Source: a virus
Virus record (IMG/VR): IMGVR_UViG_3300027714_002832
DNA length: 64,000 nucleotides
Direction: 5' to 3' (one strand)
Shown here: positions 56,986-64,000 of the stretch, piece after piece
Position numbering within the stretch: position 1 is the stretch's first letter
Layout of the letters: the number at the start of each line of letters is the position of its first letter
Notes under the pieces: generated by a model
The model's input: only the letters and a program-made list of their open reading frames with translations
What the model was told of the DNA's origin: nothing
Database searches by the model: none
Program-made: the position numbers and the translations under genes

Positions 56986-58105
56986 TTAATAATTTCTTAT
57001 ATCCTTGTATATATTCTTCTGCATCATTATTACGTAAATCAAACAATTCGTACATTTGATCTAAATAAATTTTACTATTATCTTCTGCGTTATTTGTTTT
57101 ACACAATGAAATTAATAATGTATATGCTTTCTTTAATTTCCAGTGACAGTCTTTATATTGCTCTTCTACTATCAATCTCAAATTATTCTTGAATGTATCT
57201 GTCTGATGTGCGATACTCAACCAGTCTGGCTCATGTATAGTTTGCAACATTACCTGCACACCTATCTCAAATCTTGCCCATCTCATTAGATCTATTAACA
57301 CTGGTGCATTTAATACACCAACTGTGCAAGCGACAAATACTTCTACCTTGTCGTATTTAGTTCCCAATTCTGTCCATTGCTTCAGTACAGATTCAATAGC
57401 AGGGAATTTGGATGGGTGACGTAATATATCGTTTAATTCGCCAACTGCATCTATACTATTCGTAATTCGCAAGTTATTGAATTCTAATAGATAATCTAAG
57501 TTCATCTTCGCTGGCCAGTATGTGCAATTCGTAAATATCTCAATATCGATCTGAGGTGCAATACCACTATCTACCAATCGTTTAATGAATCGTAAAAACT
57601 GCTTATGCATGAACGGCTCACCACCTGTCACTTTCATATATTTCAAATGAGATAGTTGATCCATGGATAGTGCATCTAAATCATATTCTCTATTCTTTGC
57701 AAAATGTTCTAATACTTCAACCATCACTAAATCAATCGCTAGTGCGTCTTTATCCCATGTATGACTATACTCAGGTCCGCAACCAACACATGCAAGATTA
57801 CATAGATTGCCCACTGTAATCTCTAGATATTCTAATTGGATTGAATCTGTGAAATCATCAAAGAATTCGTCTGCTTCTGTTCGCATACTAGTAAGACCAG
57901 TATCTTCATCGGCTTTGCATTTCCAGCAACCCTCATGCCATTCGTTCCTTAACATCGTCTCGCGAATATCTTTAAACACATACTTGTTATCATCATCAGA
58001 TAAGTAACGATCATGAAATTTACAACATGGTGTAGCGGGAGTACCGTTTGCAAGCATTGCTGCTTTGAACGGATATGCACAAGCGTTACTCGGCAAATTT
58101 GCCAT
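56972..58105 (-). CDS. radical SAM enzyme with N-terminal twitch-like Cys motif
   Basis: N-term CAYPFKAAMLANGTPATPCCKF ... CWKC then CNLACVGC. Confidence 0.8.
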   Translation of the reverse strand: MANLPSNACAYPFKAAMLANGTPATPCCKFHDRYLSDDDNKYVFKDIRETMLRNEWHEGCWKCKADEDTGLTSMRTEADEFFDDFTDSIQLEYLEITVGNLCNLACVGCGPEYSHTWDKDALAIDLVMVEVLEHFAKNREYDLDALSMDQLSHLKYMKVTGGEPFMHKQFLRFIKRLVDSGIAPQIDIEIFTNCTYWPAKMNLDYLLEFNNLRITNSIDAVGELNDILRHPSKFPAIESVLKQWTELGTKYDKVEVFVACTVGVLNAPVLIDLMRWARFEIGVQVMLQTIHEPDWLSIAHQTDTFKNNLRLIVEEQYKDCHWKLKKAYTLLISLCKTNNAEDNSKIYLDQMYELFDLRNNDAEEYIQGYKKLLNERY

Positions 58106-59003
58106 TATTTTTATACCTCTTTAGTGCTTTCGCTAAGTTGATGCGATTGTATGCGCGATCACGATGGAACATATCCCATTCTGGTGTATCAGGTGCTTGG
58201 GCAATATGTATCGTATTAGTCTCTTGCAATCCATAATGTTCACATACAATTTTATGTGCTTCTCTATATTTGTTAGGCATAGTATCTGGGCTGAACTTTT
58301 TCATTAACGCATTAGACAATGCTACATTCAAATGAATACCGTGATTCCATTCTGTCTGCACTCGCATACCACAACGCTCTTCATCTAAACGACTGAACAC
58401 AATACCAGCACGCCAGTTACCACCACTTAATCCTTTACCAGTGCTGAATGCAACCATCTTAATACAATCATGTGACAAATCAACATCAATATCAAAACAA
58501 GTTCCAAACCATGCACAATCTACCAGAATAGGAATATTCTTTGCTGTACACTCTTCAATCAACCAATCCCATCGCTCGTGCTTGCGTCCGTTACCACTGA
58601 ATGGAATACTAACGATAACCGCATCACCTACGGATAACCCAGTATCGTCAATGCTATCTGACCAATTCATTTCTGGTCCCAACCATACATCACGGTTATA
58701 CGGATATTCACCACGGAACACCTTTAAGTTCTGTCCAGTAGCGATGCACCAATACTGCCACCATTCTAATGCTTGTGTAGTACCTAAACTAACATAACGA
58801 TCAGGATATGTATCTAACCCAGTAAAGTTATTTAATTTGCTGCTTTGTATCCATTTGGGATATAATTCTAAGAATTCTGCTGGGGCTGTACCAACTCCTG
58901 CTAAATTCATATTTGGCAATACTTCATCTTGTATATAGTCAATAAATGGTTGATTCCAAATACTGTTGCCTGTCTTACCAAAATCGGGGTTGTTACTCAT
59001 CAT
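58086..59003 (-). CDS. truncated PLP-dependent aminotransferase-like protein
   Basis: AFSTGKGLSGGNWRAGIVFS resembles fold-type-I aminotransferase SxSKxxGxxGxRxG block; only 305 aa. Confidence 0.4.
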   Translation of the reverse strand: MMSNNPDFGKTGNSIWNQPFIDYIQDEVLPNMNLAGVGTAPAEFLELYPKWIQSSKLNNFTGLDTYPDRYVSLGTTQALEWWQYWCIATGQNLKVFRGEYPYNRDVWLGPEMNWSDSIDDTGLSVGDAVIVSIPFSGNGRKHERWDWLIEECTAKNIPILVDCAWFGTCFDIDVDLSHDCIKMVAFSTGKGLSGGNWRAGIVFSRLDEERCGMRVQTEWNHGIHLNVALSNALMKKFSPDTMPNKYREAHKIVCEHYGLQETNTIHIAQAPDTPEWDMFHRDRAYNRINLAKALKRYKNNGKFAE

Positions 59004-59263
59004 GTATTCCTTGTTAGTCCTAGTGCTATTGCATTATCAAATGTAATAGGATGTGCGCTTACAACGAGCATAAAGAAATCTCTCGCTTCATCGTAATCAT
59101 TAAATATAGATTCAAATACTATTTCACTTGTTGTACCACTAAGTGTAACACTATATTTGTCTGTAATTGTTTCATCCGAATATGTGAGTATAACTAAATC
59201 GTTATTAGCACCCATATTGTCTTTGAAGTCTTCTGTCGTTTTTATATATTGTCGTTTTATCAT
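59000..59263 (-). CDS. hypothetical small protein
   Basis: 87-aa ORF, ATGA overlap. Confidence 0.4.
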   Translation of the reverse strand: MIKRQYIKTTEDFKDNMGANNDLVILTYSDETITDKYSVTLSGTTSEIVFESIFNDYDEARDFFMLVVSAHPITFDNAIALGLTRNT

Positions 59264-59514
59264 TATAAATATGCCATCTTTAATAAAAATATTTCTTCAT
59301 CTGGTAGGTCAACTAGAGTAACCCATTCATTGAATGTATAATTAATTCCATCAATCCACCATGCAGCGTGACCATCAGGCCATATAACCGCAGGTCCAAT
59401 CTCATTATGCCATATACACTCATCGTCGTATATGTAGCCGCAATATTCTCTATGATGTACGATCACGATACCATCGGTTGTTACTACAAATGTGCAAGTT
59501 GCACTATCTGACAT
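59263..59514 (-). CDS. hypothetical small protein, WHxxDGPA/FKMA family
   Basis: WHNEIGPAVIWPDGHAAWWIDGINYTFNEW and C-term DEEIFLLKMAYL; paralogue of 31473-31865. Confidence 0.45.
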   Translation of the reverse strand: MSDSATCTFVVTTDGIVIVHHREYCGYIYDDECIWHNEIGPAVIWPDGHAAWWIDGINYTFNEWVTLVDLPDEEIFLLKMAYL

Positions 59515-60754
59515 AACTCTCGATTTCTGGTATATACTGCAATGTGTCTGTTTTTCGTAATCTATCTAAATCGTCAGTGTACCTTAGAAACCAATTCCAT
59601 TGCTTATCAGATTCTTGATCATCTTCGTTTGAAAACATTAACCCATTACGAATGGATTCAATACCTGTCTGATATCCACCTTCATCTGAGTTTGCACTAG
59701 TAAGTGGCCACATTTCTAAATTAGGGATATGCTTTATTTTATCATACGCCAATGCTTTCAACTCTTCTGGCATATTTCCTATATTCAAATAGCCAGGATG
59801 AACTACCACGTTACTCATCGAAATACTTGCACGATGCGCATGATGGGTAGCAAACCATTCCCAGACTTTATCTAAATTAAATATATTGGTAATCATTACC
59901 GTAACAGCAAACACTACCTCTACATTTGGGATATCGTAGAATTTTTCTATGTTCTCGTTCAATTGATCCCATGTGTAACTAGGACCGCCACGAATAATAC
60001 TATATAATTCATCAGTTGCTTCTACACTAATTAATAATTCTACATGCTTAAAGTGACTGAATAATTCTCTAAATTCTTCTTTGAATACGGTTGCATTTGT
60101 ACTGATGTCTAATGATACGCTACTTGCAATACCATTGTCTACAAACCATTGCAATACTGATAAACAGATTTCATCATACAACGGCTCACCACCACGCAGT
60201 GCCACCCATTGCAGATTGCGAAAATACTCTGGATTCTTAAATAGATTATCCATGAAGTCTATACTTGCACCATGATAACCTATTGGCTGTTTACTCCAAT
60301 ATTCTGGCTTTTCTCTATTAAGAGATTTACCATCTTTAGTCCAGCCTGTACTTACGAACGGATCACAATGAATACATGCTAGATTACATTTATTACTAAG
60401 AGTAAAATCAAGATACCTAATATCAGGAACAGAATCTACTGTAAGATCTTTACTCGCAACCTTTGTTTCATGATCAATTCTATCCCAGAAATATAAACGA
60501 CGACTGCGCCCAACTTTCTCTTTCTTCACGCAACCCTGACATGATTCTGGAATCTCACGCTTACGATGTGATTCTCTCAATTCAGTGTATGCATCTCCCT
60601 CTAGTATTTCACGCAATGATTGCTTACCAATATTACCTAATTTACCTTTATAGATAATGTCTGGGATGACGTTACCACCCCATTTAACAGTTAATGCGTG
60701 CCAAGGTGCTAAACAGGTAGGTAGATCTTTTCTATTTACGAATGTGTTTTTCAT
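59504..60754 (-). CDS. radical SAM enzyme with N-terminal Cys-rich region
   Basis: N-term CLAPWH...CQGC then CNLACIHC (Cx3Cx2C). Confidence 0.8.
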   Translation of the reverse strand: MKNTFVNRKDLPTCLAPWHALTVKWGGNVIPDIIYKGKLGNIGKQSLREILEGDAYTELRESHRKREIPESCQGCVKKEKVGRSRRLYFWDRIDHETKVASKDLTVDSVPDIRYLDFTLSNKCNLACIHCDPFVSTGWTKDGKSLNREKPEYWSKQPIGYHGASIDFMDNLFKNPEYFRNLQWVALRGGEPLYDEICLSVLQWFVDNGIASSVSLDISTNATVFKEEFRELFSHFKHVELLISVEATDELYSIIRGGPSYTWDQLNENIEKFYDIPNVEVVFAVTVMITNIFNLDKVWEWFATHHAHRASISMSNVVVHPGYLNIGNMPEELKALAYDKIKHIPNLEMWPLTSANSDEGGYQTGIESIRNGLMFSNEDDQESDKQWNWFLRYTDDLDRLRKTDTLQYIPEIESYVR

Positions 60755-61519
60755 TTAATTTATAGAACCTATGTTACGCCTGTTTATTTCCTTTAATTTT
60801 TCATAAGATATACGTGCTGCTGTTTCTATGTTAATCTCACAATCATCTAATACAGTATTATACGTTAATTTTTTATAAACGTCATATGTACTATTATAAT
60901 ACTCAAACAGCAAATTATAGTCAGCGCCAATCTTTGCGGCTTCATACAAAGTTTCTACAGCATCTATTACTAGGCATTCACCTATGTATTGTGAATCGTG
61001 AATTTGACCAAGAATGCAATCATCCCAATCAATAATAATCCAATCACCAATATCAAACTGCAATATATTACTACGTCCGCCGTCAACATTACAATAAGGA
61101 AATATCTTCAGATTTGTTTCTATATATTTTGGAAATACGTGTTTATTATACATATCCATATCGTTGTATATTGAGGATAATGGGTTAGAGTCATTCTCCA
61201 ACCAAGATAAATTTTTGTCTAATTCAAACCCGTAAGGAACTCTTGTCATTTTATACTTAATAAAAGAATTTGAGTTTGACTCATTACCATTCCAAGAATA
61301 ATCTAGTCTTTCAATAATTTCCCAATCATCATGTATTAGTTTTTTAGGGTGTAATGAATTTATTAGATCAATTTGTCCTTGAATACATTCTTCACCAATA
61401 GCTGCAGGTATTATTTTTACAATAAAATTACCATCGTCATATGCCCACCTTGGCATATGACATGATCTCTCATTAGGATCACCGGGTTCGAACTTATCTG
61501 GCATTAATTTCTTATACAT
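60755..61519 (-). CDS. hypothetical protein, possible APH/choline-kinase-like fold
   Basis: 254 aa; NVDGGRSNILQFD and IIDWDDCILGQ loosely resemble kinase catalytic and DFG-like loops. Confidence 0.35.
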   Translation of the reverse strand: MYKKLMPDKFEPGDPNERSCHMPRWAYDDGNFIVKIIPAAIGEECIQGQIDLINSLHPKKLIHDDWEIIERLDYSWNGNESNSNSFIKYKMTRVPYGFELDKNLSWLENDSNPLSSIYNDMDMYNKHVFPKYIETNLKIFPYCNVDGGRSNILQFDIGDWIIIDWDDCILGQIHDSQYIGECLVIDAVETLYEAAKIGADYNLLFEYYNSTYDVYKKLTYNTVLDDCEINIETAARISYEKLKEINRRNIGSIN

Positions 61520-61521
61520 TA

Positions 61522-61752
61522 TTAAAACAGTTCTCTTAATAATTTCTCTTCTGCTTTCTTCTTTGTACGACGATTTACGTCTGCTGCTGCAATTTCTCGC
61601 TGCATGTAATCTTCAAACATATTTTTCAGTTCATTCTCTTCTAAATTCACAATCTGTGATTTAATTGAAGATAACACTTTTGTTACACTCATATCTGTAC
61701 TTTTATTAATCTCATCTTGGATGATATTTGTTACTACGTCTGCATTAATCAT
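61522..61752 (-). CDS. hypothetical small protein
   Basis: 76 aa, first gene downstream of candidate minus-strand promoter. Confidence 0.4.
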   Translation of the reverse strand: MINADVVTNIIQDEINKSTDMSVTKVLSSIKSQIVNLEENELKNMFEDYMQREIAAADVNRRTKKKAEEKLLRELF

Positions 61753-61807
61753 GGTAATCCCCTATAAGTTTTATATATGTATATGTATGTATTATAACAT
61801 TGATACT

Positions 61808-61838
61808 ATTATATACTATGTTTATATGTTCTGTCAAG
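61808..61838 (-). promoter_or_regulatory. candidate sigma70-like promoter for minus-strand island
   Basis: minus-strand TTGACA (61838-61833), 16-18 nt, TATATAAT (about 61815-61808). Confidence 0.4.
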
Positions 61839-61842
61839 GTAT

Positions 61843-62844
61843 TTATTTACGAATTATTACTTCAAATGGCGTGATACCATCTCTCCAGGTCCCAGCAAAA
61901 TCTTTTATAATTACATCACAATTATTAGATTCCATAAATTTAGTTACACCATCTAGATCTGCTACTACTTCGGATAGTGTAATTAAATAACAAGGATCTG
62001 CATTCTTATCTGCTGCTAAGAACATCATATGTTCTATACCATTGTATCGCCAGTTATATCCTATACGGGTATCTTCATACTGCACAAATCCATCATGTCG
62101 TATAGAATCCCATAAGTAGAATCTGATATCTGCGACATCTGCTGACATAATATCATTCATTGTAGTACCTACTACATTCATGTTATCATCTACAACTACT
62201 GCACACCCATCAAACACTGTAGTGCCAGACTGTGTCAATATCTTAAACTGATCTGCACATACGTCAACCTTATGGATGAACTCGCCAGATACACTCCTAA
62301 ATTCTACCACTTCGCCACGAACAATAATATTCAATCGTACACCGTCCATCATCTGTTGTACCACGCAAGGAAACGAGATGTTTTTCATATTCTCTTCCGT
62401 GTATTCACTAGCACATTGCACTGGATAACCTTTTATTAAATTATTCCATACAGTGTTGATAGTATCTGCATCAAGTCCCCAATCGCATTCGTTTTTCATG
62501 ATTGCGACAAATATTGGCACTTCTTGATCGTTCATATGTGTCACTGCTAGATTACATGCGAATTTTGCTTCTGATGGTGTGTATTTGTTATTTAAAATTT
62601 CTTCAAATAAATGCATGAATCTTGGGATTCCCATGCCATGCATTTTGCCAGCGTTCAGTGGTGTCCAATCTTTCATATCAAATTGAAGCATTGGATCATA
62701 TGCAAAGGTAACTAACATTTTGATCAATGAGTTTTCTTCATATTTTTCTAATATTAATAATTTTTCTTCTTGAGTTGTCGCTAATGTCAATGCATCTGCG
62801 ACTCTACGTATTGTTGCTATTCTATTCATAACAGTATTTAGCAT
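61843..62844 (-). CDS. ATP-dependent DNA ligase, T4 gp30 homologue (motif-I Lys replaced by Met)
   Basis: N-term MLNTVMNRIATIRRVADA...KLLILEKYEENSLIKML parallels T4 Lig start; FPCVVQQMMDGVRL at the KxDG position; motif III VFDGCAVV; motif V DVIIKDFAGTWRDG. Confidence 0.7.
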   Translation of the reverse strand: MLNTVMNRIATIRRVADALTLATTQEEKLLILEKYEENSLIKMLVTFAYDPMLQFDMKDWTPLNAGKMHGMGIPRFMHLFEEILNNKYTPSEAKFACNLAVTHMNDQEVPIFVAIMKNECDWGLDADTINTVWNNLIKGYPVQCASEYTEENMKNISFPCVVQQMMDGVRLNIIVRGEVVEFRSVSGEFIHKVDVCADQFKILTQSGTTVFDGCAVVVDDNMNVVGTTMNDIMSADVADIRFYLWDSIRHDGFVQYEDTRIGYNWRYNGIEHMMFLAADKNADPCYLITLSEVVADLDGVTKFMESNNCDVIIKDFAGTWRDGITPFEVIIRK

Positions 62845-62881
62845 GAATAAATACCTATATAATTATAGGAGATAAACTATA

Positions 62882-63160
62882 TTGAAATATTATATTTTGA
62901 TTGACCCACACAAACCAGACTACTGTAAATTGGGTATCACGAAAGATCCAGAACAACGCATAAAGGCATACCGAACGGCTGCGCCAGATTGTTACTTCAA
63001 GAAAATATATGACATCCCCGACATTATACATGAGCGTACAATACTAAAACTATTGAAAGAATCATTCAAAGTTAATAGAGAGTATGTACATTGTAACCCT
63101 ATCATCGTACAGAATATAATAGAAGGTTATTTTACCGATGTTGATATAGCATACACTTAA
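62882..63160 (+). CDS. GIY-YIG / T5orf172-like small protein (TTG start)
   Basis: YYILIDPHKPDYCKLGITKDPEQRIKAYRT resembles GIY...YIG...R core; RBS AGGAG 10 nt upstream of TTG. Confidence 0.4.
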   Translation: MKYYILIDPHKPDYCKLGITKDPEQRIKAYRTAAPDCYFKKIYDIPDIIHERTILKLLKESFKVNREYVHCNPIIVQNIIEGYFTDVDIAYT

Positions 63161-63282
63161 TTTAAAGACGAGAGAATGCACTTAGTAGTTAATCTGATTG
63201 ATGACAAAAAATAGACAATAAAAAAGGCGCAATAAGCACCTATTTTTTAAATTCGTTTATATCAGTAATGATTTACACGTTT

Positions 63283-63429
63283 CTGATATGGCGCAGAACC
63301 ACGTTGAATGTTTTGCTGTCTATGTTCAAGATTAGATAAACTAGATGCACTTGACAGATACTGCTCTTCCTGTGTTGGTGTATGTAATTTTTTATTCAAT
63401 CGCTTCAGTACTCGTTTGATTCTACTCAT
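63283..63429 (-). CDS. small hypothetical basic protein (48 aa)
   Basis: minus-strand ORF MSRIKRVLKRLNKKLHTPTQEEQYL..., TAATG overlap with upstream small ORF. Confidence 0.3.
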
Positions 63430-63602
63430 TATGATAATTCCTCTTTTGATGGGGCTTTGCCCTTGTTGTTTAACATATGGTTATATACCATTTGCCAATC
63501 GTTCTTGTATTCAATTCTCGCCCAGCTTTCCAATTCTCTATTAGCCTTGGTAATAGCAGAGCGTTTTGCGAATTTTGTTCGCACTCTTTGTAATATTGAC
63601 AT
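63429..63602 (-). CDS. small hypothetical protein (57 aa)
   Basis: minus-strand ORF MSILQRVRTKFAKRSAITKANRELESWARIEYK...; below ORF-track cutoff. Confidence 0.3.
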   Translation of the reverse strand: MSILQRVRTKFAKRSAITKANRELESWARIEYKNDWQMVYNHMLNNKGKAPSKEELS

Positions 63603-64000
63603 TGTATGTCCCTCCAGTATGATTTAATAATCAGTACACATTACAGCATACTAACACCTTTATTTATACTAAAGTATTACATAAATGGTAGTTATATAGT
63701 ATATACTTGTTATTCATACCATTTATATAGACTGAGAATATCATGTTTTTTATTTTACTAAATACAAGTGATGATTTAAGAACATGTTTCTAAGAAAATC
63801 AGACATCTATGCAAAGCGCAATATAACACCAACTCGGGAGGTGAGAACCGCACGCGCTTTTGTAGTCACATATGTTGATCTCGCATAGATGTTACTTCTC
63901 ACGCAATATAGAAGGAAGTATGTTTTCAAAATGCTCTACCACCAATATATTTTGTTGATGGTATTTCTCTATCGTATTACATATATCTTTTAATTCAACC

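Noticed and set aside
63185-63250. Terminator hairpin between convergent genes 62882-63160 (+) and the small minus-strand ORFs
   Set aside because: There are A-runs and T-runs (AAAAAAGGCGCAATAAGCACCTATTTTTT), but the flanking halves are not reverse complements; only an imperfect AAAAAAGG/CCTATTTTTT pairing exists, so no confident hairpin call.

Overview
This 64-kb window (about 37% GC) reads as a fragment of a large tailed-phage genome of the T4-like lineage, not bacterial chromosome. Evidence for that: homologues of T4 gp44 (clamp loader) and gp30 (DNA ligase, encoded on the minus strand); tightly packed genes with many ATGA/TAATG start-stop overlaps and no rRNA genes; a sigma70-type promoter module (TTGACAAGTAAG, 17 nt, TATAAT, then GTTAcATAAGTTAATTAAAG) copied at least 12 times in intergenic gaps; three clustered tRNAs (2x Ala-UGC in tandem, Thr-UGU); and many host-like auxiliary genes. 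The auxiliary load is unusual. There is a ClpP/ClpX/ClpS set plus a second ClpP-like protease, translation factor IF3 and ribosomal protein S21, and PRPP synthetase plus adenine phosphoribosyltransferase. There is an (p)ppGpp-hydrolase-like HD protein, a MazG-like protein, and a full Fe-S biogenesis and reductant set (IscS, IscU, IscA/HesB, ferredoxin, ferredoxin-NADP reductase). A membrane cluster encodes ExbB/ExbD-like proteins, an NfeD-like protease and an SbmA/BacA-like transporter. The most striking feature is a minus-strand island of about 14 kb (47.3-61.8 kb) with six radical-SAM enzymes. Five of them carry an N-terminal twitch-like Cys motif ahead of the CxxxCxxC core. They are interleaved with two cupin/AspH-like oxygenase candidates, an SDR-like reductase, a truncated aminotransferase-like protein, a secreted SNase-like nuclease and large unknown proteins. 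Two further radical-SAM/SPASM enzymes sit on the plus strand, one between a guanidino-modifying-enzyme (amidinotransferase-like) ORF and a QueD/PTPS-like ORF. I interpret this as a phage-borne, self-supplied radical-SAM modification pathway (RiPP-like peptide or nucleoside/glycan modification) of unknown product. Other oddities are a gp30 ligase homologue whose motif-I lysine is Met, a 31-bp perfect direct repeat bracketing one ORF, and a protein with about seven tandem 21-22-aa repeats. There are three SGNH-hydrolase-like paralogues and a family of small proteins sharing a C-terminal EExF(M/L)FKMA motif. All calls are from reading the sequence and from motif memory only; no database search was possible.
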